Below are positions 29,430 to 46,700 of a DNA stretch of 64,000 bases, one piece after another (the first letter of the stretch is position 1; each line of letters starts with the position of its first letter). The stretch covers positions 1,302,001 through 1,366,000 of the forward strand of contig OZ024759.1 in the NCBI GenBank assembly GCA_964016885.1, given 5' to 3'. The stretch comes from Eledone cirrhosa. Its lineage: Eukaryota. The notes below the pieces were generated by a model. It made no database searches and had not been told where the DNA came from. It saw nothing but the letters and a program-made list of their open reading frames with translations. Position numbers and translations under genes: made by a program.

Positions 29430-32400
29430 TGACACAGTCTATATTAGTAACATGACAGTCTATATTAGTAACATGACAAAGTCTATATTAGTAACATGGC
29501 AAAGTCTATGTTAGTAACATGACAAAGTCTATATTAGTAACATGACAGTCTATATTGTACCATGACAGTCTATATTAGTAACATGACATAGTCTATATTA
29601 GTAACATGACAAAGTCTATATTAGTAACATGACAGTCTATATTGTAACATGACACAGTCTATATTAGTAACATGACACAGTCTATATTAGTAACATGACA
29701 GTCTATATTAGTAACATGACACAGTCTATATTAGTAACATGACACAGTCTGTATTAGTAACATGACAGTCTATATTAGTAGCATGGCAATGTCTATATTA
29801 GTAACATGACACAGTCTATATTAGTAACAAGACATAGTCTATATTAGTAACATGACATAGTCTATATTAGTAGCATGACAAAGTCTATATTAGTAACATG
29901 ACAAAGTCTATATTAGTAACATGACACAGTCTATCTTAGTAACATGACAAAGTCTATATTAGTAACATGACACAGTCTATATTAGTAACATGACAAAGTC
30001 TATATTAGTAGCATGACAAAGTCTATATTAGTAACATGACACAGTCTATATTAGTAACATGACAAAGTCTATATTAGTAACATGACAAAGTCTATATTAG
30101 TAACATGACAAAGTCTATATTAGTAACATGACTAAGTCTATATTAGTAACATGACACAGTCTATATTAGTAACATGACAGTCTATATTAGTAGCATGACA
30201 AAGTCTATATTAGTAACATGACAAAGTCTATATTAGTAACATGACACAGTCTATATTAGTAACATGACACAGTCTATATTAGTAACATGACAGTCTATAT
30301 TAGTAACATGACAAAGTCTATATTAGTAACATGGCAAAGTCTATGTTAGTAACATGACAAAGTCTATATTAGTAACATGACAGTCTATATTAGTAACATG
30401 ACACATTCTATATTAGTAACATGACAAAGTCTATATTAGTAGCATGACAAAGTCTATATTAGTAACATGACAGTCTATATTAGTAACATGCCAAAGTCTA
30501 TATTAGTAGCATGACAAAGTCTATATTAGTAACATGACACAGTCTATATTAGTAACATGACACAGTCTATATTAGTAACATGACACAGTCTATATTAGTA
30601 GCATGACAAAGTCTATATTAGTAACATGACAAAGTCTATATTAGTAACATGACAAAGTCTATATTAGTAACATGACATAGTCTATATTAGCAGCATGACA
30701 AAGTCTATATTAGTAACATGACAAAGTCTATATTAGTAACATGACAGTCTATATTAGTAACATGACACATTCTATATTAGTAACATGACAAAGTCTATAT
30801 TAGTAGCATGACAAAGTCTATATTAGTAACATGACAGTCTATATTAGTAACATGCCAAAGTCTATATTAGTAGCATGACAAAGTCTATATTAGTAACATG
30901 ACACAGTCTATATTAGTAACATGACACAGTCTATATTAGTAACATGACACAGTCTATATTAGTAGCATGACAAAGTCTATATTAGTAACATGACAAAGTC
31001 TATATTAGTAACATGACAAAGTCTATATTAGTAACATGACAAAGTCTATATTAGTAACATGACACAGTGTATATTAGTAATATGACAGTCTATATTAGTA
31101 GCATGACAAAGTCTATATTAGTAACATGACAAAGTCTATATTAGTAACATGACACAGCCTATATTAGTAACATGACACAGTCTATATTAGTAACATGACA
31201 CAGTCTATATTAGTAACATGACAAAGTCTATATTAGTAACATGGCAAAGTCTATATTAGTAACATGACAAAGTCTATATTAGTAACATGACATGGTCTAT
31301 ATTAGTAACATGACACAGTCTATATTAGTAACATGACAAAGTCTATATTAGTAACATGACAGTCTATATTAGTAACATGCCAAAGTCTATATTAGTAGCA
31401 TGACAAAGTCTATATTAGTAGCATGACACAGTCTATATTAGTAACATGACATAGTCTATATTAGTAACATGACACAGTCTATATTAGTAGCATGACAAAG
31501 TCTATATTAGTAACATGACAAAGTCTATATTAGTAACATGAGAAAGTCTATATTAGTAACATGACACAGTCTATATTAGTAACATGACAAAGTCTATATT
31601 AGTAACATGACACAGTCTATATTAGTAACATGACACAGTCTATATTAGTAACATGACACAGTCTATATTAGTAACATGCAAAGTCTATATTAGTAGCATG
31701 ACAAAGTCTATATTAGTAACATGACAAAGTCTATATTAGTAACATGACACAGTCTATATTAGTAACATGACAAAGTCTATATTAGTAACATGACGGTCTA
31801 TATTAGTAACATGACAGTCTATATTAGTAGCATGACAAAGTCTATATTAGTAACATGACACAGTCTATATTAGTAACATGACACAGTCTATATTAGTAAC
31901 ATGACAAAGTCTATATTAGTAGCATGACAAAGTCTATATTAGTAACATGACACAGTCTATATTAGTAACGTGACAAAGTCTATATTAGTAGCATGACAAA
32001 GTCTATATTAGTAACATGACAAAGTCTATATTAGTAACATGACACAGTCTATATTAGTAACATGACAGTCTATATTAGTAACATGACAGTCCATATTAGT
32101 AGCATGACAAAGTCTATATTAGTAACATGACAAAGTCTATATTAGTAACATGACACAGTCTATATTAGTAACATGACACAGTCTATATTAGTAACATCAT
32201 ACAGTCTATATTAGTAACATGACAAAGTCTATATTAGTAACATGGCAAAGTCTATATTAGTAACATGACACAGTCTATATTAGTAACATGACAAGGCCTA
32301 TATTAGTAACATGACACAGTCTATATTAGTAACATGACAAAGTCTATATTAGTAACATGACAGTCTATATTAGTAACATGACAAAGTCTATATTAGTAAC

Positions 32401-35400
32401 ATGACAAAGTCTATATTAGTAACATGACAGTCATTATTAGTAACATGACACAGTCTATATTAGTAACATGACAAAGTCTATATTAGTAACATGACACAGT
32501 CTATATTAGTAACATGACACAGTCTATATTAGTAACATGACACAGTTTATATTAGTAACATGACAAAGTCTATATTAGTAACATGACAAAGTCTATATTA
32601 GTAACATGGCAGTCTATATTAGTTACATGACAAAGTCTATATTAGTAACATGACACAGTCTATATTAGTAACATGACAAAGACTCTATTAGTAACATGAC
32701 AAAGTCTATATTAGTAACATGACAGTCTATATTAGTAACATGACAAAATCTATATTAGTAACATGACAGTCTATATTAGTAACATGACAAAGTCTATATT
32801 AGTAACATGACAGTCTATATTGTACCATGACACAGTCTATATTAGTAACATGACATAGTCTATATTAGTAACATGACAAAGTCTATATTAGTAACATGAC
32901 AGTCTATATTGTAACATGACACAGTCTATATTAGTAACATGACACAGTCTATATTAGTAACATGACAGTCTATATTAGTAACATGACAAAGTCTATATTA
33001 GTAACATGACAAAGTGTATATTAGTAACATGACAAAGTCTATATTAGTAGCATGACACAGTCTATATTAGTAACATGACAAAGTCTATATTAGTAACATG
33101 ACACAGTCTATATTAGTAACATGACAAAGTCTATATTAGTAACATGACACAGTCTATATTAGTAACATGACATAGTCTATATTAGTAACATGACAAAGTC
33201 TATATTAGTAGCATGACACAGTCTAAATTAGTAACATGACACAGTCTATATTAGTAACATGACAGTCTATATTAGTTACATGACACAGTCTATATTAGTA
33301 ACATGACAAAGTCTATATTAGTAGTATGACAAAGTCTATATTAGTAACATGACAGTCTATATTAGTAACATGACAAAGTCTATATTAGTAGCATGACAAA
33401 GTCTATATTAGTAGCATGACACAGTCTATATTAGTAACATGACACAGTCTATATTAGTAACATGACACAGTCTATATTAGTAACATGACAAAGTCTATAT
33501 TAGTAGCATGACAAAGTCTATATTAGTAACATGACAAAGTCTATATTAGTAACATGACACAGTCTATATTAGTAACATGACAGTCTATATTAGTAACATG
33601 ACAAAGTCTATATTAGTAACATGGCAAAGTCTATGTTAGTAACATGACAAAGTCTATATTAGTAACATGACAGTCTATATTGTACCATGACAGTCTATAT
33701 TAGTAACATGACATAGTCTATATTAGTAACATGACAAAGTCTATATTAGTAACATGACAGTCTATATTGTAACATGACACAGTCTATATTAGTAACATGA
33801 CACAGTCTATATTAGTAACATGACAGTCTATATTAGTAACATGACACAGTCTATATTAGTAACATGACACAGTCTGTATTAGTAACATGACAGTCTATAT
33901 TAGTAGCATGGCAATGTCTATATTAGTAACATGACACAGTCTATATTAGTAACAAGACATAGTCTATATTAGTAACATGACATAGTCTATATTAGTAGCA
34001 TGACAAAGTCTATATTAGTAACATGACAAAGTCTATATTAGTAACATGACACAGTCTATCTTAGTAACATGACAAAGTCTATATTAGTAACATGACACAG
34101 TCTATATTAGTAACATGACAAAGTCTATATTAGTAGCATGACAAAGTCTATATTAGTAACATGACACAGTCTATATTAGTAACATGACAAAGTCTATATT
34201 AGTAACATGACAAAGTCTATATTAGTAACATGACAAAGTCTATATTAGTAACATGACTAAGTCTATATTAGTAACATGACACAGTCTATATTAGTAACAT
34301 GACAGTCTATATTAGTAGCATGACAAAGTCTATATTAGTAACATGACAAAGTCTATATTAGTAACATGACACAGTCTATATTAGTAACATGACACAGTCT
34401 ATATTAGTAACATGACAGTCTATATTAGTAACATGACAAAGTCTATATTAGTAACATGGCAAAGTCTATGTTAGTAACATGACAAAGTCTATATTAGTAA
34501 CATGACAGTCTATATTAGTAACATGACACATTCTATATTAGTAACATGACAAAGTCTATATTAGTAGCATGACAAAGTCTATATTAGTAACATGACAGTC
34601 TATATTAGTAACATGCCAAAGTCTATATTAGTAGCATGACAAAGTCTATATTAGTAACATGACACAGTCTATATTAGTAACATGACACAGTCTATATTAG
34701 TAACATGACACAGTCTATATTAGTAGCATGACAAAGTCTATATTAGTAACATGACAAAGTCTATATTAGTAACATGACAAAGTCTATATTAGTAACATGA
34801 CATAGTCTATATTAGCAGCATGACAAAGTCTATATTAGTAACATGACAAAGTCTATATTAGTAACATGACAGTCTATATTAGTAACATGACACATTCTAT
34901 ATTAGTAACATGACAAAGTCTATATTAGTAGCATGACAAAGTCTATATTAGTAACATGACAGTCTATATTAGTAACATGCCAAAGTCTATATTAGTAGCA
35001 TGACAAAGTCTATATTAGTAACATGACACAGTCTATATTAGTAACATGACACAGTCTATATTAGTAACATGACACAGTCTATATTAGTAGCATGACAAAG
35101 TCTATATTAGTAACATGACAAAGTCTATATTAGTAACATGACAAAGTCTATATTAGTAACATGACAAAGTCTATATTAGTAACATGACACAGTGTATATT
35201 AGTAATATGACAGTCTATATTAGTAGCATGACAAAGTCTATATTAGTAACATGACAAAGTCTATATTAGTAACATGACACAGCCTATATTAGTAACATGA
35301 CACAGTCTATATTAGTAACATGACACAGTCTATATTAGTAACATGACAAAGTCTATATTAGTAACATGGCAAAGTCTATATTAGTAACATGACAAAGTCT

Positions 35401-37700
35401 ATATTAGTAACATGACATGGTCTATATTAGTAACATGACACAGTCTATATTAGTAACATGACAAAGTCTATATTAGTAACATGACAGTCTATATTAGTAA
35501 CATGCCAAAGTCTATATTAGTAGCATGACAAAGTCTATATTAGTAGCATGACACAGTCTATATTAGTAACATGACATAGTCTATATTAGTAACATGACAC
35601 AGTCTATATTAGTAGCATGACAAAGTCTATATTAGTAACATGACAAAGTCTATATTAGTAACATGAGAAAGTCTATATTAGTAACATGACACAGTCTATA
35701 TTAGTAACATGACAAAGTCTATATTAGTAACATGACACAGTCTATATTAGTAACATGACACAGTCTATATTAGTAACATGACACAGTCTATATTAGTAAC
35801 ATGCAAAGTCTATATTAGTAGCATGACAAAGTCTATATTAGTAACATGACAAAGTCTATATTAGTAACATGACACAGTCTATATTAGTAACATGACAAAG
35901 TCTATATTAGTAACATGACGGTCTATATTAGTAACATGACAGTCTATATTAGTAGCATGACAAAGTCTATATTAGTAACATGACACAGTCTATATTAGTA
36001 ACATGACACAGTCTATATTAGTAACATGACAAAGTCTATATTAGTAGCATGACAAAGTCTATATTAGTAACATGACACAGTCTATATTAGTAACGTGACA
36101 AAGTCTATATTAGTAGCATGACAAAGTCTATATTAGTAACATGACAAAGTCTATATTAGTAACATGACACAGTCTATATTAGTAACATGACAGTCTATAT
36201 TAGTAACATGACAGTCCATATTAGTAGCATGACAAAGTCTATATTAGTAACATGACAAAGTCTATATTAGTAACATGACACAGTCTATATTAGTAACATG
36301 ACACAGTCTATATTAGTAACATCATACAGTCTATATTAGTAACATGACAAAGTCTATATTAGTAACATGGCAAAGTCTATATTAGTAACATGACACAGTC
36401 TATATTAGTAACATGACAAGGCCTATATTAGTAACATGACACAGTCTATATTAGTAACATGACAAAGTCTATATTAGTAACATGACAGTCTATATTAGTA
36501 ACATGACAAAGTCTATATTAGTAACATGACAAAGTCTATATTAGTAACATGACAGTCATTATTAGTAACATGACACAGTCTATATTAGTAACATGACAAA
36601 GTCTATATTAGTAACATGACACAGTCTATATTAGTAACATGACACAGTCTATATTAGTAACATGACACAGTTTATATTAGTAACATGACAAAGTCTATAT
36701 TAGTAACATGACAAAGTCTATATTAGTAACATGGCAGTCTATATTAGTTACATGACAAAGTCTATATTAGTAACATGACACAGTCTATATTAGTAACATG
36801 ACAAAGACTCTATTAGTAACATGACAAAGTCTATATTAGTAACATGACAGTCTATATTAGTAACATGACAAAATCTATATTAGTAACATGACAGTCTATA
36901 TTAGTAACATGACAAAGTCTATATTAGTAACATGACAGTCTATATTGTACCATGACACAGTCTATATTAGTAACATGACATAGTCTATATTAGTAACATG
37001 ACAAAGTCTATATTAGTAACATGACAGTCTATATTGTAACATGACACAGTCTATATTAGTAACATGACACAGTCTATATTAGTAACATGACAGTCTATAT
37101 TAGTAACATGACAAAGTCTATATTAGTAACATGACAAAGTGTATATTAGTAACATGACAAAGTCTATATTAGTAGCATGACACAGTCTATATTAGTAACA
37201 TGACAAAGTCTATATTAGTAACATGACACAGTCTATATTAGTAACATGACAAAGTCTATATTAGTAACATGACACAGTCTATATTAGTAACATGACATAG
37301 TCTATATTAGTAACATGACAAAGTCTATATTAGTAGCATGACACAGTCTAAATTAGTAACATGACACAGTCTATATTAGTAACATGACAGTCTATATTAG
37401 TTACATGACACAGTCTATATTAGTAACATGACAAAGTCTATATTAGTAGTATGACAAAGTCTATATTAGTAACATGACAGTCTATATTAGTAACACGACA
37501 AAGTCTATATTAGTAGCATGACAAAGTCTATATTAGTAGCATGACACAGTCTATATTAGTAACATGACACAGTCTATATTAGTAACATGACACAGTCTAT
37601 ATTAGTAACATGACAAAGTCTATATTAGTAGCATGACAAAGTCTATATTAGTAACATGACAAAGTCTATATTAGTAACATGACACAGTCTATATTAGTAA
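29430..37700. repeat. Higher-order tandem duplication, 4,125-bp unit x2
   Basis: ATGGCAAAGTCTATG 29496/33621, the G of the CTGTA variant 29751/33876, ATCATAC 32196/36321, TCATTATT 32431/36556 and GTCTAAATT 33221/37346 are all offset 4,125. Confidence 0.9.
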
Positions 37701-40700
37701 CATGACACAGTCTATATTAGTAACATGACACAGTCTATATTAGTAACATGACAGTCTATATTAGTAACATGACAAAGTCTATATTAGTAACATGACAAAG
37801 TCTATATTAGTAGCATGACAAAGTCTATATTAGTAACATGACACAGTCTATATTAGTAACATGACAAAGTCTATATTAGTAGCATAACAAAGTCTATATT
37901 AGTAACATGACACAGTCTATATTAGTAACATGACACAGTCTATATTAGTAACATGACACAGTCTATATTAGTAACATGACAGTCTATATTAGTAACATGA
38001 CAAAGTCTATATTAGTAACATGACAAAGTCTATATTAGTAGCATGACAAAGTCTATATTAGTAACATGACACAGTCTATATTAGTAACATGACAAAGTCT
38101 ATATTAGTAGCATGACAAAGTCTATATTAGTAACATGACACAGTCTATATTAGTAACATGACAAAGTCTATATTAGTAGCATGACAAAGTCTATATTAGT
38201 AACATGACAAAGTCTATATTAGTAACATGACACAGTCTATATTAGTAACATGACAGTCTATATTAGTAACATGACAGTCCATATTAGTAGCATGACAAAG
38301 TCTATATTAGTAACATGACAAAGTCTATATTAGTAACATGACACAGTCTATATTAGTAACATGACACAGTCTATATTAGTAACATCATACAGTCTATATT
38401 AGTAACATGACAAAGTCTATATTAGTAACATGGCAAAGTCTATATTAGTAACATGACACAGTCTATATTAGTAACATGACAAGGCCTATATTAGTAACAT
38501 GACACAGTCTATATTAGTAACATGACAAAGTCTATATTAGTAACATGACAGTCTATATTAGTAACATGACAAAGTCTATATTAGTAACATGACAAAGTCT
38601 ATATTAGTAACATGACAGTCTATATTAGTAACATGACACAGTCTATATTAGTAACATGACAAAGTCTATATTAGTAACATGACACAGTCTATATTAGTAA
38701 CATGACACAGTCTATATTAGTAACATGACACAGTTTATATTAGTAACATGACAAAGTCTATATTAGTAACATGACAAAGTCTATATTAGTAACATGGCAG
38801 TCTATATTAGTTACATGACAAAGTCTATATTAGTAACATGACACAGTCTATATTAGTAACATGACAAAGACTCTATTAGTAACATGACAAAGTCTATATT
38901 AGTAACATGACAGTCTATATTAGTAACATGACAAAATCTATATTAGTAACATGACAGTCTATATTAGTAACATGACAAAGTCTATATTAGTAACATGACA
39001 GTCTATATTGTACCATGACACAGTCTATATTAGTAACATGACACAGTCTATATTAGTAACATGACACAGTTTATATTAGTAACATGACAAAGTCTATATT
39101 AGTAACATGACAAAGTCTATATTAGTAACATGGCAGTCTATATTAGTAACATGACAAAGTCTATATTAGTAACATGACACTGTCTATATTAGTAACATGA
39201 CAAAGACTCTATTAGTAACATGACAAAGTCTATATTAGTAACATGACAGTCTATATTAGTAACATGACAACATCTATATTAGTAACATGACAGTCTATAT
39301 TAGTAACATGACAAAGTCTATATTAGTAACATGACAGTCTATATTGTACCATGACACAGTCTATATTAGTAACATGACATAGTCTATATTAGTAACATGA
39401 CAAAGTCTATATTAGTAACATGACAGTCTATATTGTAACATGACACAGTCTATATTAGTAACATGACACAGTCTATATTAGTATCATGACAGTCTATATT
39501 AGTAACATGACACAGTCTATATTAGTAACATGACACAGTCTATATTAGTAACATGACAGTCTATATTAGTAGCATGGCAATGTCTATATTAGTAACATGA
39601 CACAGTCTATATTAGTAACAAGACATAGTCTATATTAGTAACATGACATAGTCTATATTAGTAGCATGACAAAGTCTATATTAGTAACATGACAAAGTCT
39701 ATATTAGTAACATGACACAGTCTATCTTAGTAACATGACAAAGTCTATATTAGTAACATGACACAGTCTATATTAGTAACATGACAAAGTCTATATTAGT
39801 AGCATGACAAAGTCTATATTAGTAACATGACACAGTCTATATTAGTAACATGACAAAGTCTATATTAGTAACATGACAAAGTCTATATTAGTAACATGAC
39901 AAAGTCTATATTAGTAACATGACTAAGTCTATATTAGTAACATGACACAGTCTATATTAGTAACATGACAGTCTATATTAGTAGCATGACAAAGTCTATA
40001 TTAGTAACATGACAAAGTCTATATTAGTAACATGACACAGTCTATATTAGTAACATGACACAGTCTATATTAGTAACATGACAGTCTATATTAGTAACAT
40101 GACAAAGTCTATATTAGTAACATGGCAAAGTCTATGTTAGTAACATGACAAAGTCTATATTAGTAACATGACAGTCTATATTAGTAACATGACACATTCT
40201 ATATTAGTAACATGACAAAGTCTATATTAGTAGCATGACAAAGTCTATATTAGTAACATGACAGTCTATATTAGTAACATGCCAAAGTCTATATTAGTAG
40301 CATGACAAAGTCTATATTAGTAACATGACACAGTCTATATTAGTAACATGACACAGTCTATATTAGTAACATGACACAGTCTATATTAGTAGCATGACAA
40401 AGTCTATATTAGTAACATGACAAAGTCTATATTAGTAACATGACAAAGTCTATATTAGTAACATGACATAGTCTATATTAGCAGCATGACAAAGTCTATA
40501 TTAGTAACATGACAAAGTCTATATTAGTAACATGACAGTCTATATTAGTAACATGACACATTCTATATTAGTAACATGACAAAGTCTATATTAGTAGCAT
40601 GACAAAGTCTATATTAGTAACATGACAGTCTATATTAGTAACATGCCAAAGTCTATATTAGTAGCATGACAAAGTCTATATTAGTAACATGACACAGTCT

Positions 40701-43700
40701 ATATTAGTAACATGACACAGTCTATATTAGTAACATGACACAGTCTATATTAGTAGCATGACAAAGTCTATATTAGTAACATGACAAAGTCTATATTAGT
40801 AACATGACAAAGTCTATATTAGTAACATGACAAAGTCTATATTAGTAACATGACACAGTGTATATTAGTAATATGACAGTCTATATTAGTAGCATGACAA
40901 AGTCTATATTAGTAACATGACAAAGTCTATATTAGTAACATGACACAGCCTATATTAGTAACATGACACAGTCTATATTAGTAACATGACACAGTCTATA
41001 TTAGTAACATGACAAAGTCTATATTAGTAACATGGCAAAGTCTATATTAGTAACATGACAAAGTCTATATTAGTAACATGACATGGTCTATATTAGTAAC
41101 ATGACACAGTCTATATTAGTAACATGACAAAGTCTATATTAGTAACATGACAGTCTATATTAGTAACATGCCAAAGTCTATATTAGTAGCATGACAAAGT
41201 CTATATTAGTAGCATGACACAGTCTATATTAGTAACATGACATAGTCTATATTAGTAACATGACACAGTCTATATTAGTAGCATGACAAAGTCTATATTA
41301 GTAACATGACAAAGTCTATATTAGTAACATGAGAAAGTCTATATTAGTAACATGACACAGTCTATATTAGTAACATGACAAAGTCTATATTAGTAACATG
41401 ACACAGTCTATATTAGTAACATGACACAGTCTATATTAGTAACATGACACAGTCTATATTAGTAACATGCAAAGTCTATATTAGTAGCATGACAAAGTCT
41501 ATATTAGTAACATGACACAGTCTATATTAGTAACATGACACAGTCTATATTAGTAACATGACACAGTTTATATTAGTAACATGACAAAGTCTATATTAGT
41601 AACATGACAAAGTCTATATTAGTAACATGGCAGTCTATATTAGTTACATGACAAAGTCTATATTAGTAACATGACACAGTCTATATTAGTAACATGACAA
41701 AGACTCTATTAGTAACATGACAAAGTCTATATTAGTAACATGACAGTCTATATTAGTAACATGACAAAATCTATATTAGTAACATGACAGTCTATATTAG
41801 TAACATGACAAAGTCTATATTAGTAACATGACAGTCTATATTGTACCATGACACAGTCTATATTAGTAACATGACATAGTCTATATTAGTAACATGACAA
41901 AGTCTATATTAGTAACATGACAGTCTATATTGTAACATGACACAGTCTATATTAGTAACATGACACAGTCTATATTAGTAACATGACAGTCTATATTAGT
42001 AACATGACAAAGTCTATATTAGTAACATGACAAAGTGTATATTAGTAACATGACAAAGTCTATATTAGTAGCATGACACAGTCTATATTAGTAACATGAC
42101 AAAGTCTATATTAGTAACATGACACAGTCTATATTAGTAACATGACAAAGTCTATATTAGTAACATGACACAGTCTATATTAGTAACATGACATAGTCTA
42201 TATTAGTAACATGACAAAGTCTATATTAGTAGCATGACACAGTCTAAATTAGTAACATGACACAGTCTATATTAGTAACATGACAGTCTATATTAGTTAC
42301 ATGACACAGTCTATATTAGTAACATGACAAAGTCTATATTAGTAGTATGACAAAGTCTATATTAGTAACATGACAGTCTATATTAGTAACATGACAAAGT
42401 CTATATTAGTAGCATGACAAAGTCTATATTAGTAGCATGACACAGTCTATATTAGTAACATGACACAGTCTATATTAGTAACATGACACAGTCTATATTA
42501 GTAACATGACAAAGTCTATATTAGTAGCATGACAAAGTCTATATTAGTAACATGACAAAGTCTATATTAGTAACATGACACAGTCTATATTAGTAACATG
42601 ACACAGTCTATATTAGTAACATGACACAGTCTATATTAGTAACATGACAGTCTATATTAGTAACATGACAAAGTCTATATTAGTAACATGACAAAGTCTA
42701 TATTAGTAGCATGACAAAGTCTATATTAGTAACATGACACAGTCTATATTAGTAACATGACAAAGTCTATATTAGTAGCATAACAAAGTCTATATTAGTA
42801 ACATGACACAGTCTATATTAGTAACATGACACAGTCTATATTAGTAACATGACACAGTCTATATTAGTAACATGACAGTCTATATTAGTAACATGACAAA
42901 GTCTATATTAGTAACATGACAAAGTCTATATTAGTAGCATGACAAAGTCTATATTAGTAACATGACACAGTCTATATTAGTAACATGACAAAGTCTATAT
43001 TAGTAGCATGACAAAGTCTATATTAGTAACATGACACAGTCTATATTAGTAACATGACAAAGTCTATATTAGTAGCATGACAAAGTCTATATTAGTAACA
43101 TGACAAAGTCTATATTAGTAACATGACACAGTCTATATTAGTAACATGACAGTCTATATTAGTAACATGACAGTCCATATTAGTAGCATGACAAAGTCTA
43201 TATTAGTAACATGACAAAGTCTATATTAGTAACATGACACAGTCTATATTAGTAACATGACACAGTCTATATTAGTAACATCATACAGTCTATATTAGTA
43301 ACATGACAAAGTCTATATTAGTAACATGGCAAAGTCTATATTAGTAACATGACACAGTCTATATTAGTAACATGACAAGGCCTATATTAGTAACATGACA
43401 CAGTCTATATTAGTAACATGACAAAGTCTATATTAGTAACATGACAGTCTATATTAGTAACATGACAAAGTCTATATTAGTAACATGACAAAGTCTATAT
43501 TAGTAACATGACAGTCTATATTAGTAACATGACACAGTCTATATTAGTAACATGACAAAGTCTATATTAGTAACATGACACAGTCTATATTAGTAACATG
43601 ACACAGTCTATATTAGTAACATGACACAGTTTATATTAGTAACATGACAAAGTCTATATTAGTAACATGACAAAGTCTATATTAGTAACATGGCAGTCTA

Positions 43701-46700
43701 TATTAGTTACATGACAAAGTCTATATTAGTAACATGACACAGTCTATATTAGTAACATGACAAAGACTCTATTAGTAACATGACAAAGTCTATATTAGTA
43801 ACATGACAGTCTATATTAGTAACATGACAAAATCTATATTAGTAACATGACAGTCTATATTAGTAACATGACAAAGTCTATATTAGTAACATGACAGTCT
43901 ATATTGTACCATGACACAGTCTATATTAGTAACATGACACAGTCTATATTAGTAACATGACACAGTTTATATTAGTAACATGACAAAGTCTATATTAGTA
44001 ACATGACAAAGTCTATATTAGTAACATGGCAGTCTATATTAGTAACATGACAAAGTCTATATTAGTAACATGACACTGTCTATATTAGTAACATGACAAA
44101 GACTCTATTAGTAACATGACAAAGTCTATATTAGTAACATGACAGTCTATATTAGTAACATGACAACATCTATATTAGTAACATGACAGTCTATATTAGT
44201 AACATGACAAAGTCTATATTAGTAACATGACAGTCTATATTGTACCATGACACAGTCTATATTAGTAACATGACATAGTCTATATTAGTAACATGACAAA
44301 GTCTATATTAGTAACATGACAGTCTATATTGTAACATGACACAGTCTATATTAGTAACATGACACAGTCTATATTAGTATCATGACAGTCTATATTAGTA
44401 ACATGACACAGTCTATATTAGTAACATGACACAGTCTATATTAGTAACATGACAGTCTATATTAGTAGCATGGCAATGTCTATATTAGTAACATGACACA
44501 GTCTATATTAGTAACAAGACATAGTCTATATTAGTAACATGACATAGTCTATATTAGTAGCATGACAAAGTCTATATTAGTAACATGACAAAGTCTATAT
44601 TAGTAACATGACACAGTCTATCTTAGTAACATGACAAAGTCTATATTAGTAACATGACACAGTCTATATTAGTAACATGACAAAGTCTATATTAGTAGCA
44701 TGACAAAGTCTATATTAGTAACATGACACAGTCTATATTAGTAACATGACAAAGTCTATATTAGTAACATGACAAAGTCTATATTAGTAACATGACAAAG
44801 TCTATATTAGTAACATGACTAAGTCTATATTAGTAACATGACACAGTCTATATTAGTAACATGACAGTCTATATTAGTAGCATGACAAAGTCTATATTAG
44901 TAACATGACAAAGTCTATATTAGTAACATGACACAGTCTATATTAGTAACATGACACAGTCTATATTAGTAACATGACAGTCTATATTAGTAACATGACA
45001 AAGTCTATATTAGTAACATGGCAAAGTCTATGTTAGTAACATGACAAAGTCTATATTAGTAACATGACAGTCTATATTAGTAACATGACACATTCTATAT
45101 TAGTAACATGACAAAGTCTATATTAGTAGCATGACAAAGTCTATATTAGTAACATGACAGTCTATATTAGTAACATGCCAAAGTCTATATTAGTAGCATG
45201 ACAAAGTCTATATTAGTAACATGACACAGTCTATATTAGTAACATGACACAGTCTATATTAGTAACATGACACAGTCTATATTAGTAGCATGACAAAGTC
45301 TATATTAGTAACATGACAAAGTCTATATTAGTAACATGACAAAGTCTATATTAGTAACATGACATAGTCTATATTAGCAGCATGACAAAGTCTATATTAG
45401 TAACATGACAAAGTCTATATTAGTAACATGACAGTCTATATTAGTAACATGACACATTCTATATTAGTAACATGACAAAGTCTATATTAGTAGCATGACA
45501 AAGTCTATATTAGTAACATGACAGTCTATATTAGTAACATGCCAAAGTCTATATTAGTAGCATGACAAAGTCTATATTAGTAACATGACACAGTCTATAT
45601 TAGTAACATGACACAGTCTATATTAGTAACATGACACAGTCTATATTAGTAGCATGACAAAGTCTATATTAGTAACATGACAAAGTCTATATTAGTAACA
45701 TGACAAAGTCTATATTAGTAACATGACAAAGTCTATATTAGTAACATGACACAGTGTATATTAGTAATATGACAGTCTATATTAGTAGCATGACAAAGTC
45801 TATATTAGTAACATGACAAAGTCTATATTAGTAACATGACACAGCCTATATTAGTAACATGACACAGTCTATATTAGTAACATGACACAGTCTATATTAG
45901 TAACATGACAAAGTCTATATTAGTAACATGGCAAAGTCTATATTAGTAACATGACAAAGTCTATATTAGTAACATGACATGGTCTATATTAGTAACATGA
46001 CACAGTCTATATTAGTAACATGACAAAGTCTATATTAGTAACATGACAGTCTATATTAGTAACATGCCAAAGTCTATATTAGTAGCATGACAAAGTCTAT
46101 ATTAGTAGCATGACACAGTCTATATTAGTAACATGACATAGTCTATATTAGTAACATGACACAGTCTATATTAGTAGCATGACAAAGTCTATATTAGTAA
46201 CATGACAAAGTCTATATTAGTAACATGAGAAAGTCTATATTAGTAACATGACACAGTCTATATTAGTAACATGACAAAGTCTATATTAGTAACATGACAC
46301 AGTCTATATTAGTAACATGACACAGTCTATATTAGTAACATGACACAGTCTATATTAGTAACATGCAAAGTCTATATTAGTAGCATGACAAAGTCTATAT
46401 TAGTAACATGACACAGTCTATATTAGTAACATGACACAGTCTATATTAGTAACATGACACAGTTTATATTAGTAACATGACAAAGTCTATATTAGTAACA
46501 TGACAAAGTCTATATTAGTAACATGGCAGTCTATATTAGTTACATGACAAAGTCTATATTAGTAACATGACACAGTCTATATTAGTAACATGACAAAGAC
46601 TCTATTAGTAACATGACAAAGTCTATATTAGTAACATGACAGTCTATATTAGTAACATGACAAAATCTATATTAGTAACATGACAGTCTATATTAGTAAC

